Assembly (NCBI GenBank): GCA_964457685.1
Contig: CAYWFS010000001.1
Span: 12,878-76,877 of the forward strand
Direction: 5' to 3'
Length of the DNA: 64,000 bases
From: an uncultured Ruminococcus sp.
Lineage (GTDB): Bacteria; Bacillota; Clostridia; Oscillospirales; CAG-272
How positions within the stretch are numbered: the first letter of the stretch is position 1; every line of letters starts with the position of its first letter. The translations under genes and the position numbers were made by a program. The notes beneath the pieces are model-generated. The model searched no databases. It had not been told where the DNA came from and saw nothing but the letters and a program-made list of their open reading frames with translations. This document shows, one piece after another, positions 53,265 through 62,784 of this stretch.

Positions 53265-54956
53265 TTATAATTCTTTGTATATGCTTTCTCTCGAACGTAT
53301 GGAGCGGAGAGTTTTCATTACGTTGTTTTCATGTCCGAAATAATCGTGAAGCACCATATACTCCCTGTAAAGCTCATTGTATACGACAGAGTTGTGCGGG
53401 TGTGGGCGATATACGACTGAGCTTTCACTGCCCATAGCATTGATTGCGTCTGAAAGTGTGGGATACTCACCCGACGCATATGCCGCACATATTGCAGAGC
53501 CTGTCGCACTTCCGAATGTAGCTCCCGAAACTGAAATCTCCTGTCCGAGAACATCGGCGAATATCTGCATTGTGACGGGATCCTTTGTCGCTATTCCTCC
53601 CGTTGCCGTAATCTGCTCTACCGGAATACCGTGATCTCTGTAGTTTTCGATTATTGTACGACATCCGAATGCGGTAGCCTCGATAATCGCACGGAACATT
53701 TCCTCGGGCTTTGTGTTCAGATTCATTCCGATAAAGAGTCCCGAAAGGTCGGAGTCTACGAGAATACTTCTGTTTCCGTTCCACCAGTCGAGAGCAAGAA
53801 GTCCGCTTTCACCCGGAACGAGCTGTGCCATTTTTTCGACAAGAAGCTTCAGGGGAGAAAGTCCTCTCTCATCTGCTTCTTTTTTGTATTCGGATGGTGT
53901 GAGCTTGTCCGCAAACCAGGCATAGTGGTCTCCGAGACAGCATTGACCTGCTTCATATGCGTAAAATCCGGGAATGTAGCCGTCCTTTACTATTCCGCAA
54001 ATGCCCGGTACGTTTCGTATATCCTCCGACATGAGCATGGTGCAGTTTGACGTACCCATTGCCATGAGCATATGAGCGGAGGAGGTTATTTTTGCGGCAT
54101 ATACTGCGGCATGAGCATCGGCATGATTTACAGTAACGGCACAACCCTCGCACAGTCCCGTGAGCTTTGCGGCAGACGGAGTGATATATCCGGCAAGAGA
54201 TGACGGAGGAAGCATTTTTGCCTTTCCGTGTCCGAGCTTTTCCTCGGGTGCAAACTCAAGTCTCGGGTCAAGTGTACGAAGAAATTCACGACTCGGATAT
54301 TCTCCGTCAACATAAATCGACTTAAAGCCGGCAACTCCAGATGAGCGTGTTTCTTCGCCTGTCAGAAGCCATGTTATCCAGTCTCCTGCTTCAACAAAAC
54401 GGTCTGCGGCATTATATACCTCGGGAGACTCCGAAAGTATTTGCCATATTTTCGGGAGCATCCATTCGCTTTGTATCTCACCGCCGTAAAGGGGAAGCCA
54501 GCTTTCTTCACGCTGTACCGCAAGCTCTGTAATACGGGCGGCATATGCGGAGGAGGAATGATCCTTCCAAAGCTTTACATAAGCATAAGGATTGTCGGCA
54601 AAATTCGGGTCGAAGCACAACGGAGTTTTGTCATCATATACCGGCATAAGCGTGCATACGGTGAAGTCTATGCCGAGTCCGACTACGCTTTCGGGAGAGA
54701 CTTCTCCTTTTTCGAGTACGTCTCGTATAACGGTCGATACAGCGTCAAGGTAATCCTCCGGTGACTGGATTGCCCAGCCGTCGTCGAGAGGTGTTTCCTT
54801 ATCGGCGGAACCATCGGTTGAAATGATACATTCATCCATTACGCCGTGCGGATATTCAAACACAGATACCGCTACAGTATGACCGTCTGATATGCGAACG
54901 AGAACCGCTCTGGCTGACAAAGTGCCGAAGTCGATTCCGATAGTATATTTTTCTAT
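53265..54956 (-). CDS. araB: L-ribulokinase (FGGY family); N-terminus extended to a probable non-canonical ATA start
   Basis: The protein resembles AraB throughout. The conserved N-terminal KYTIGIDFGT (ATPase phosphate-1 motif) is encoded in frame upstream of the ORF-track TTG (54918-54920). An in-frame TAG lies at 54963-54965. Confidence 0.75.
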   Translation of the reverse strand: MEKYTIGIDFGTLSARAVLVRISDGHTVAVSVFEYPHGVMDECIISTDGSADKETPLDDGWAIQSPEDYLDAVSTVIRDVLEKGEVSPESVVGLGIDFTVCTLMPVYDDKTPLCFDPNFADNPYAYVKLWKDHSSSAYAARITELAVQREESWLPLYGGEIQSEWMLPKIWQILSESPEVYNAADRFVEAGDWITWLLTGEETRSSGVAGFKSIYVDGEYPSREFLRTLDPRLEFAPEEKLGHGKAKMLPPSSLAGYITPSAAKLTGLCEGCAVTVNHADAHAAVYAAKITSSAHMLMAMGTSNCTMLMSEDIRNVPGICGIVKDGYIPGFYAYEAGQCCLGDHYAWFADKLTPSEYKKEADERGLSPLKLLVEKMAQLVPGESGLLALDWWNGNRSILVDSDLSGLFIGMNLNTKPEEMFRAIIEATAFGCRTIIENYRDHGIPVEQITATGGIATKDPVTMQIFADVLGQEISVSGATFGSATGSAICAAYASGEYPTLSDAINAMGSESSVVYRPHPHNSVVYNELYREYMVLHDYFGHENNVMKTLRSIRSRESIYKEL

Positions 54957-54992
54957 GGCGAGCTACCCCACTTTCAAAAATTCTACAACTAC

Positions 54993-55021
54993 ATTATACT
55001 CCATAATTCATATAAAGTCAA
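54993..55021 (-). promoter_or_regulatory. Sigma-A promoter of the araB-trpS-dehydrogenase-GH43 operon
   Basis: Read on the minus strand: TTGACT (55021-55016), a 17-nt spacer, then TATAAT (54998-54993). Confidence 0.65.
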
Positions 55022-55063
55022 TTTCAAAATCGTGCCTAAGCGAAAAATAGTAACATAATTATC

Positions 55064-55092
55064 TTGTATTGTTTATGGATATTTGTTATAAT
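55064..55092 (+). promoter_or_regulatory. Candidate promoter of the 55173 gene
   Basis: TTGTAT (55064-55069), a 17-nt spacer, then TATAAT (55087-55092). Confidence 0.5.
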
Positions 55093-55172
55093 AATATCGT
55101 AATTAAGTGAAATTAACGGTTAATCTCACACGGTATTCTGTGAGAAACGAATGATGAAAGGTATAAAACGAA

Positions 55173-55994
55173 ATGGAAGACAAGGACTTTCACGGCGAAA
55201 ACGAGTCCAATGAAGCGAAAAAGCTTAAAGCACTCGGGCTGAACGATGAAGTAAAAGAGGAAGAACCTCTGAAAATAAACAAGCTTGAGAATTTCTGGTA
55301 TCACTACAGATTCAGAATAATAATGATAGCGGCATTTGCGTTTATCATCACGGTTGCAACGGTGCAGTTTGTCAGCCGACAGAATCCCGATGTCAGTGTG
55401 ATTTACGCAGGACCGCAGTACATAACGGCGAATCAGAACAAGGCTTTCTGTGATGTTCTTCAGGGTATAGCGGAGGACTACAACGATGACGGCAAGACCT
55501 ATGTTCAGCTCAACGATATGATATTCATGAGCGACGATCAGATGGAGGAATATATCGAAAGAGTTGCCGAAGAAGAGGGGGAAACCGCGGCGGTAGATAA
55601 GCTTACAAACAAGCAGACCTACGAAAGATTTACATATGAAATATTCGGAAGCAATTCCAGCATATGTATTCTTGCGGAGGATCAATATGAATCCGTAGCT
55701 TTGGAAAACGGCTTTGTTCCGCTGTCCGAGCTGTTTGACGAGATACCCGACGGTGCGGTAGATGAGTACGGTGTGAGATTTTCCGAAACAAAGCTCTGCA
55801 AGTTCTATGACAGTGCGAAAATATTCCCCGATGACGCTGTTATAGCACTGAGAAGACTTTCCACAATGTCCGTGTTTACTGGAAAGAAAAAAGCCGAGAA
55901 GCAGTACGAGTACAATAAGGATCTCTTTATAAAAATATTGAATTTCGAGTATCCCGAGGGTTATACCGAGACTGAGAGCGATAATATGGACTGA
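55173..55994 (+). CDS. Hypothetical membrane-anchored protein
   Basis: 273 aa with an acidic N-terminus, one TM helix (IIMIAAFAFIITVATVQFV) and an extracytoplasmic domain. No family recognised. Confidence 0.6.
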   Translation: MEDKDFHGENESNEAKKLKALGLNDEVKEEEPLKINKLENFWYHYRFRIIMIAAFAFIITVATVQFVSRQNPDVSVIYAGPQYITANQNKAFCDVLQGIAEDYNDDGKTYVQLNDMIFMSDDQMEEYIERVAEEEGETAAVDKLTNKQTYERFTYEIFGSNSSICILAEDQYESVALENGFVPLSELFDEIPDGAVDEYGVRFSETKLCKFYDSAKIFPDDAVIALRRLSTMSVFTGKKKAEKQYEYNKDLFIKILNFEYPEGYTETESDNMD

Positions 55995-56042
55995 AAAAAT
56001 TCCGTGCGGTTGATATTGCACAGGAAAAAATGGCAATAATAT

Positions 56043-56087
56043 ATCCGCATACGATTGATTTATTCATTCTGTGCGGATTTTTTTGTC
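56043..56087 (+). terminator. Rho-independent terminator
   Basis: ATCCGCA (56043-56049) pairs with TGCGGAT (56072-56078), followed by a T-run. Confidence 0.6.
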
Positions 56088-56096
56088 GAAAAGCTA

Positions 56097-56125
56097 TTGA
56101 CAAATATTTCATGGTGTGATATACT
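56097..56125 (+). promoter_or_regulatory. Sigma-A promoter of the flavodiiron gene
   Basis: TTGACA (56097-56102), a 17-nt spacer, then TATACT (56120-56125), with TGa immediately upstream of the -10 (extended -10). Confidence 0.6.
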
Positions 56126-56183
56126 TAATGAGAACAAGTCTTAATAAGAAAAAATAAACTTTAAATATATTCGGAGGCTGTCT

Positions 56184-58001
56184 ATGAAGAAAATTACCGA
56201 AAGCGTTTATTATGTCGGAGTAAATGACCATAATGTAGATCTTTTTGAGGGTCAGTACAAGGTTCCCGCAGGAATGTCGTACAACTCATACGTTATAATG
56301 GATGAAAAGATAGCTGTAATGGATACGGTTGACGCACATTTCACTCACGAATGGCTCGATAACATTGCCGAGGTACTTAATGACCGCACACCGGATTATC
56401 TCGTTGTACAGCACATGGAGCCTGACCATTCCGCAAACGTGCTTAATTTTATGAAGACCTATCCCGAAACAACAGTCGTTGCAAATGTAAAGACCTTTAA
56501 CATGATGAAGCAGTTCTTCGGTACCGACTTCGAGGAAAACAGAGTGGTTGTTCCCGACGGAGGCACACTTTCTCTCGGCAAGCATACTCTCACCTTCGTT
56601 TTTGCACCGATGGTACACTGGCCCGAGGTAATGGTGACATACGATTCACTCGATAAGCTTCTTTTCTCCGCTGACGGATTCGGCAAATTCGGTGCCATTG
56701 ACAACGGAGAAGTAAACACTCCCGAAGGCTGGGTGGATGAAGCAAGAAGATACTATATCGGAATCGTCGGAAAATACGGCGTACAGGTTCAGGCTCTTCT
56801 GAAAAAGGCGGCAAAGCTCGATATAGAAAAGATTCTTCCGCTCCACGGCCCCGTGCTTGAGGACAGACTTGACTTCTATCTCTCAAAATACGATGCATGG
56901 TCGTCATATACCCCAGAAAACGAGGGAATAGTTATCGCATATACCTCCGTATACGGAAATACTGCCCGTGCGGTTGAAATACTTGCCGAAAAGCTCACCT
57001 CCAAGGGATGTCCCAAAGTTGTGGTGCATGACCTTGCAAGATGCGATATGTCCGAGGCTGTTGCGGATGCGTTCAGATATAACAAGCTCATTCTCGCAAC
57101 AACTACCTACAATTCCGGCATATTCCCGTTCATGAAGGAGTTTATCGACCACCTCACCGACCGTGCATTCAAGAACCGTACAGTTGCATTAATAGAAAAC
57201 GGCTCATGGGCACCTCTTGCGGCAAAGATAATGAAGGGTATGCTTGAGGAATCAAAGAACATTACCTTTGTCGAACCCGTGGTAAAGATAAAATCCGCCA
57301 TCAGCGAGGAAAACAAGGAACAGATAGAAGTCCTCACCGATGAGCTTTGCCGTGAATATATCGCACAGTCCGACAGAGCAAACAAGAATGATATGAAAGC
57401 ACTGTTCAATATCGGCTACGGTCTCTATGTTGTAACTTCAAACGATGGAAAGCGTGACAACGGACTTATCGTAAATACGGTGTCCCAGCTCACAGATACT
57501 CCGAACAGAGTTGCGGTTACGATAAACAAGGCAAACTACTCCCACCATGTAATAGAGCAGACAGGAAAAATGAACGTGTGCTGTCTCTCTGTAGAAGCTC
57601 CGTTCTCGGTATTTGAAAACTTCGGATTCAGAAGCGGAAGAAACGCAGACAAGTTTGAAAAGTTTGAGGATATAGACAGCTACAGAAGCGATAACGGACT
57701 TGTGTTCCTGCCGAAATATATCAACTCATTCATGTCTCTTAAAGTCGAAAGCTATGTTGATCTCGGAACTCACGGTATGTTTATATGCTCAGTAAGTGAA
57801 GCAAGAGTTCTCAGCGACAAGGAGACAATGACTTACACATATTATCAGACAAACGTAAAGCCGAAGCCCGAAACAGCAGGCAAAAAAGGCTTTGTATGCA
57901 AGATATGCGGATATGTTTACGAGGGAGACACACTTCCCGATGATTATATCTGTCCTCTCTGCAAGCACGGAGCGGCTGATTTTGAACCCATAGAGGGATA
58001 A
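56184..58001 (+). CDS. Multidomain flavodiiron protein: MBL-like diiron domain, flavodoxin, flavin-reductase-like domain, rubredoxin
   Basis: 605 aa with diiron motif VVQHMEPDHS, a flavodoxin-like middle, a flavin-reductase-like segment (LYVVTSNDGKRDNGLIVNTVSQ) and a C-terminal rubredoxin (CKICGYVYEG...CPLCKHG). Confidence 0.8.
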   Translation: MKKITESVYYVGVNDHNVDLFEGQYKVPAGMSYNSYVIMDEKIAVMDTVDAHFTHEWLDNIAEVLNDRTPDYLVVQHMEPDHSANVLNFMKTYPETTVVANVKTFNMMKQFFGTDFEENRVVVPDGGTLSLGKHTLTFVFAPMVHWPEVMVTYDSLDKLLFSADGFGKFGAIDNGEVNTPEGWVDEARRYYIGIVGKYGVQVQALLKKAAKLDIEKILPLHGPVLEDRLDFYLSKYDAWSSYTPENEGIVIAYTSVYGNTARAVEILAEKLTSKGCPKVVVHDLARCDMSEAVADAFRYNKLILATTTYNSGIFPFMKEFIDHLTDRAFKNRTVALIENGSWAPLAAKIMKGMLEESKNITFVEPVVKIKSAISEENKEQIEVLTDELCREYIAQSDRANKNDMKALFNIGYGLYVVTSNDGKRDNGLIVNTVSQLTDTPNRVAVTINKANYSHHVIEQTGKMNVCCLSVEAPFSVFENFGFRSGRNADKFEKFEDIDSYRSDNGLVFLPKYINSFMSLKVESYVDLGTHGMFICSVSEARVLSDKETMTYTYYQTNVKPKPETAGKKGFVCKICGYVYEGDTLPDDYICPLCKHGAADFEPIEG

Positions 58002-58013
58002 AAGCAAATAAAA

Positions 58014-58056
58014 ACAGAAGTCTATGACGTGTATCGTAAAGACTTCTGTTCTTTTG
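58014..58056. terminator. Bidirectional terminator between convergent genes
   Basis: ACAGAAGTCT (58014-58023) pairs with AGACTTCTGT (58040-58049), followed by TCTTTTGTT. Confidence 0.75.
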
Positions 58057-61053
58057 TTATATATTCGCAAATTCGGCTTGCTTTTCAAACCAGTCGAGTA
58101 TTCCGTTGCAGATTCCGCTTGCCGCTTTGTCGATTCCTTTGTCACTCATGAGCTGTTCGTATTCCTCAACGCAGGTTATAAATCCGGTTTCTATAAGAGC
58201 CTGCGGAAATTTCGGATTTCGGCACATTGCAAGCATTTGATACCTTTCCCCTTGCCAATATCTTCCGAGTGACGATGCCACAGCTTGACCCACACAGTCC
58301 GCAAGAAGTCGTCCGCTGTCCATGCACCACAGTCCGAGAGTTCCTCTTATCCTTGTTATGTCGCTTGTGTAGGCGATAGAGTTTTGATGAATTGAGACGC
58401 AGAGGTCGGGTTCCGTTTCCTCGAGCATATCCATTCGTGCGTACAAATCAAGCGTGGAGTCATCACTTCTTGTAAGGGTAATGTCAGCACCGAGAGTTTC
58501 GAGCTTTTCTGCCGCCGCAAGAGTTATGAGCAGATTTAAGTCCTTTTCGTTTGCTGAGGATATTGCACCTGCCGCACCCCTGTCATCCCCGCCGTGTCCC
58601 GCATCGAGAACGATTCTTATTCCGCTGAGAGGAGTTTCCGAATCTGTGTCAATGACTATCGGATTTTTCAGCGAAACAATAACGGAGTCGTCGGTGTAGC
58701 TGAGATCGAAGCCGTAGAAATTTGTTGTGTCGTAAAGCTCAAAGCTGTAGCGTACTTTATTGTCCAGCCTTTCGACCTCGCAGGACTTCACAAGGGGATT
58801 TTTGTTTATTACCGCATCGGGAGCGTTTTTTGAGTCGATATTATAAAACGTAACCACAAATCTTCCGTTTTCGTCTATACATCCGTTGTATGCCGGGTTG
58901 TCTGAGCAGGAGAGGGTAAATTCCGTGTTCCTTTCGTTTGTCGTTACCTTTGCCGAAGTGAATACGGAAAGCACGCTTTCATTTTCAACACCAAGCTCCT
59001 CGACGGAGGACTGAGCAATATAACCGCCCATACGGAGCTTGTAGTAGCCGTTGAACAGAGACAGTGCAATATCCTCCATTCCCTCAGACTGAACGGTGTA
59101 GTCGTTGTAATACGAGCTGTTTTCGGTTATCTTCAGGTGGGTGTAGTCGCTTTTGGCACGAACTCTTATGTATGTTCCTTCGCCCATAGAACGCACGGAT
59201 ACACCGTTTTCTTCAACTGTTCCGTCACGATGTGTGAGAGTATATTTTATTTCTCCGCAGTCTAATATTTCCCCGTCATTTGCTTTCGGCAGGGTTGCAT
59301 ATCCGCTGTAAGTCACTCCTGTATAGCCGACAGATGCCCATTTTGTGACCGCCTCTGAGGTAAGTACGGTCTCTACTCCACCTATGCTCACCTTTACTTC
59401 CGAGTCGGCAGGAGCTGTGCATGAGACGTATATTCCATCGTCATGCGTTGCAATATCGCTTGTCGGGTATGTGCTTACTATTGTGAGATGATCGAGAGAA
59501 ATGGGAGAGGGTTCTGCTTGAGATACAGAGGCTGTGTTCGGCTCATAAGTTATCGAGTAGATATATGTGACACCGTTTTGCTCAAAACAGAAATCGTTCT
59601 GACCCTCTTCAAGCGTTACATACAGGTTAAATGTGCCGCTTTTTGTTCGGCTTATCTTTTGTCCGTTCATTGTGAGGGTGTAGTATGGGTCTGATGAGCC
59701 GATTATATAAGTTGAAGATGAGGTTGTAGTGCTTCCGTTTGCAGGAGATGTTATTTCCACTCCAAGTCCCGTTGACTGAATATTTGTGTAAACTATGTCA
59801 TCTTCAAATGCTGAAAGAATATCATCGGAGGCACCGTTTATATTGCGGTTTATTTCGTCATAGCCGTAGAAAATACTTCCTCTGTAGGCTTTTTCACTTC
59901 TTGCAAACGATACCTGCTCTGTCAGCTGACCCTCGGGTGACTCCCAGTTTCCGTCTTCATAGCGATAGGATGCATGGGAAACATAAAGCTTTACATCACT
60001 TCCGTCAAGAACGGCATTCCACCAGCGTGTGAGTACATCGAAAGCGGAGGAAGAATTGTCGAACGTCCAGTATATCTGAGGGGAAATATAGTCGATATAT
60101 CCGCCGTTTATCCAGGCAAGAGCATCACAGTAAAGAGAATTATACCCCTCAAAGCCGTTTGTGTCGCTTCCGCCGTTTTCACCGTCATTGTTCTGCCAAA
60201 TCGCAAACGGAGAAACACCGAAAACGCACTCGGGGTCTGTTTCGTGAACCGTGTCGTAGACTGACTTTATTACAGTATTGATGTTGTCGCGTCTCCAGTC
60301 CTCTATGCTGTCGTAGCCGGAACCGTATTTTTCATATTCTTCAAGGTCATCGAATTCTATTCTCGCACCGTTTTCGTCATATACGGGGTAGGGATAGAAG
60401 TAATCATCGAAAACTATACCGTCAACATCGTATTTCTCGACTATTTCACGAACTCCGTCTGTTATAAGCGTGCATACCTCGGGAATACCTGCGTTGAGAT
60501 ATACTTTTCCGTCATCATATGCAACAGTCCATTCGGGGTGCTGTTTTGCGGGACTTTTGTCGTCAAGTGTCGAGAGGTCGTGGGTATTCATCGTAACTCT
60601 GAGCGGATTTACCCATGCGTGAATGTAAATATTTCTGCTGTGTGCCTCTTTTACTATGTATTCGAGAGGGTCGAAAATAAGCTCTCCGTTTGATGAAATA
60701 TAGCTTGAGACGGGGAAAATATCACTGTCGTAAAGTGCGTCACACGATGGTCTGACTTGGAAAAATATGGTGTTCAGCTTGTTTTTTTCGCAGGTGTCGA
60801 GGATGGAATCTATCTCCGCTTTAAGCTCGTCTGCACTGAGGTCTGTTCGGGAGGGGTAGTCGATATTGTAAACGGAAGCTATCCATACACCTCGAATTTC
60901 GGAGTCGGGGTCAAGGATGTGTCTGAGAGACGGGGATGAGTTTGTTCTGTCCGATGTGTTTGAGGTCATATCGTAATCTGTCCTTATACATGATGAAAAC
61001 ACCGTTATCAGCACGGAAAGAAGAAGCATAAGCCAAAGCGAGCGTTTTTTCAT
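58057..61053 (-). CDS. Large cell-wall-associated lipoprotein: GHL10 (DUF187, YngK-like) glycosyl-hydrolase-like domain, Ig-like middle region, C-terminal N-acetylmuramoyl-L-alanine amidase (Amidase_3)
   Basis: 998 aa with a signal peptide and lipobox-like VFSSC, RGVWIASVYNIDYPS (GHL10), and C-terminal IVLDAGHGGDDRGA...SIHQNS (amidase_3). Confidence 0.75.
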   Translation of the reverse strand: MKKRSLWLMLLLSVLITVFSSCIRTDYDMTSNTSDRTNSSPSLRHILDPDSEIRGVWIASVYNIDYPSRTDLSADELKAEIDSILDTCEKNKLNTIFFQVRPSCDALYDSDIFPVSSYISSNGELIFDPLEYIVKEAHSRNIYIHAWVNPLRVTMNTHDLSTLDDKSPAKQHPEWTVAYDDGKVYLNAGIPEVCTLITDGVREIVEKYDVDGIVFDDYFYPYPVYDENGARIEFDDLEEYEKYGSGYDSIEDWRRDNINTVIKSVYDTVHETDPECVFGVSPFAIWQNNDGENGGSDTNGFEGYNSLYCDALAWINGGYIDYISPQIYWTFDNSSSAFDVLTRWWNAVLDGSDVKLYVSHASYRYEDGNWESPEGQLTEQVSFARSEKAYRGSIFYGYDEINRNINGASDDILSAFEDDIVYTNIQSTGLGVEITSPANGSTTTSSSTYIIGSSDPYYTLTMNGQKISRTKSGTFNLYVTLEEGQNDFCFEQNGVTYIYSITYEPNTASVSQAEPSPISLDHLTIVSTYPTSDIATHDDGIYVSCTAPADSEVKVSIGGVETVLTSEAVTKWASVGYTGVTYSGYATLPKANDGEILDCGEIKYTLTHRDGTVEENGVSVRSMGEGTYIRVRAKSDYTHLKITENSSYYNDYTVQSEGMEDIALSLFNGYYKLRMGGYIAQSSVEELGVENESVLSVFTSAKVTTNERNTEFTLSCSDNPAYNGCIDENGRFVVTFYNIDSKNAPDAVINKNPLVKSCEVERLDNKVRYSFELYDTTNFYGFDLSYTDDSVIVSLKNPIVIDTDSETPLSGIRIVLDAGHGGDDRGAAGAISSANEKDLNLLITLAAAEKLETLGADITLTRSDDSTLDLYARMDMLEETEPDLCVSIHQNSIAYTSDITRIRGTLGLWCMDSGRLLADCVGQAVASSLGRYWQGERYQMLAMCRNPKFPQALIETGFITCVEEYEQLMSDKGIDKAASGICNGILDWFEKQAEFANI

Positions 61054-61260
61054 TAGTATTCCTTTCGGTGGAATTAAAAAATCGTAATTGTAAGCTGTAT
61101 GTTTTTATGATAGCATACGCAGTAAAACAAATCAAGCGTATATTTATTAAAGGGGAAACAAAAATACGGAATCCGTTTGTTGTTTGACGACGGAAAACAT
61201 GAAAAAGTCGCACAAATCTCAGAACAAAAATAAAATTTGTTGAGGTTTTCCTCTTTGTAC

Positions 61261-61289
61261 TTGATTTAGTCACGGTTATATTTTATAAT
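61261..61289 (+). promoter_or_regulatory. Candidate promoter of the vanY-like gene
   Basis: TTGATT (61261-61266), a 17-nt spacer, then TATAAT (61284-61289). Confidence 0.55.
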
Positions 61290-61329
61290 AATACATGGAA
61301 ATCATAATATAACGGAGGAGAGTGCGAAA

Positions 61330-62784
61330 TTGAACGGAAACGATAACAGAATGTCTCCCGAAGGATTTACCGCAAATCGAAACAGACAGGATCAAAACGG
61401 AGGCTCAACTCAAAACGCAAAGCCTCGCTTTAAAATAAAGGACGGAAATATAATCAGAATAAACCCCGATGGCACAACCACGTCGAGACCTCTTACCGAT
61501 GACGAAAGAAGACGGCTTGAGGAAGCAAGGGCGAATAACGCAAGACAGAGAAGTGCATCTGTTGACGAAGAAGCTGCAAGACGCAGAGCCGATCAGAAAT
61601 ACCTTGCAAGGGTTCAGAGTGATGCCGCAGAACAGCTCGGAGTTACCAATGTTTCTCCCGCACAAAGACGAAGACGCGATGATAACGTCAGACGTGAGAA
61701 CGCAGAGAGACAGCAGAGAAGACGTAAGGTAAGAATAAATCCGGGAGCAGTCGTTTTTGTAGCTCTTATGGCGGTAGTGCTTACGGTGTCTTATAAGCAG
61801 ATAAAGCTGAATGAAGAAAATCGTGACACTCTCGACAGAACCGACCTTGTATATAACGGTCAGACATACTCCGATGATGATAACGAAATCGCCGTGGAGA
61901 CCGATATATATTTGCCGATGCCCGAAGAGGTACCGATATTCGACACGGTAAGTATTGCGAATGATGAGATACATAACGGCTCTCTTATACTTGTAAACTA
62001 TGAAAACGAATATGTTGAAAGAGATATAAAGCTCATAAACGCATACGAAGAAAGAACAGGGGATGCCGAAACGGGACGAATCAAGGTGTCAAAGACAACG
62101 ACCTGCATGGAGAAAGAAGCCTTTGACGCACTTGAAAGACTTGTTGTAAGACTGAAAAACGATACAGGTACATCTGACCTTATGATAGTAAGCGGACACA
62201 GAACCTATCAGGATCAGGTTGATATATATGACGGCTATGTTCAGTCAAACGGCGAGGATTACGCAAAGGCATATGTGGCAAATCCGGGATACAGTGAGCA
62301 TCAGACGGGACTTGCCTGCGACCTCACGTTCTATACATCCGAGGGATATTCCGTGCCGATACCCGATTATGAATACGGCTCATGGGTACCCGAAAATTGT
62401 ATGTACGAGGGATTTGTTCGCCGTTACCCCGAGGATAAGGTGGATATAACGGGAATCAGCTATGAAGCATGGCATTTCAGATATGTCGGAATACCGCACG
62501 CATATGCTATGACGACCCTTAACTACTGCCTTGAAGAATATCTCGATTACATAAAGGGCTATACCGCAGAAACAAAGCTTCTTCATGTAAAGGAAGATAT
62601 GAGCCTTGAAGAAATTGAGGCAGACTCCGTGTCCGATAGTGAAATAAGCGGCGGATGGCTCGTATATTACGTTCAGTCATCTGACGGAGAAAATACGGAT
62701 ATTTCAATTCCATATGGATGTACCGACTACGAAATATCGGGAAATAATACAGACGGATTTGTAGTTACCGTCAAGCTTTCGTAA
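61330..62784 (+). CDS. VanY-type D-alanyl-D-alanine carboxypeptidase (peptidase M15B) with an Arg/Gln/Asp-rich N-terminal tail and one TM helix
   Basis: 484 aa with SGHRTYQDQ, SEHQTGLACD and EAWHFRYVG zinc-peptidase motifs. The TTG start at 61330 lies 9 nt after GGAGGAG. Confidence 0.8.
   Translation: MNGNDNRMSPEGFTANRNRQDQNGGSTQNAKPRFKIKDGNIIRINPDGTTTSRPLTDDERRRLEEARANNARQRSASVDEEAARRRADQKYLARVQSDAAEQLGVTNVSPAQRRRRDDNVRRENAERQQRRRKVRINPGAVVFVALMAVVLTVSYKQIKLNEENRDTLDRTDLVYNGQTYSDDDNEIAVETDIYLPMPEEVPIFDTVSIANDEIHNGSLILVNYENEYVERDIKLINAYEERTGDAETGRIKVSKTTTCMEKEAFDALERLVVRLKNDTGTSDLMIVSGHRTYQDQVDIYDGYVQSNGEDYAKAYVANPGYSEHQTGLACDLTFYTSEGYSVPIPDYEYGSWVPENCMYEGFVRRYPEDKVDITGISYEAWHFRYVGIPHAYAMTTLNYCLEEYLDYIKGYTAETKLLHVKEDMSLEEIEADSVSDSEISGGWLVYYVQSSDGENTDISIPYGCTDYEISGNNTDGFVVTVKLS

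Noticed and set aside
54918-54920. The TTG start for the ribulokinase gene, as given by the ORF track.
   Set aside because: It would remove the conserved YTIGIDFGT ATPase motif, which is encoded in frame immediately upstream. The extended ATA-start model (53265-54956) is preferred.
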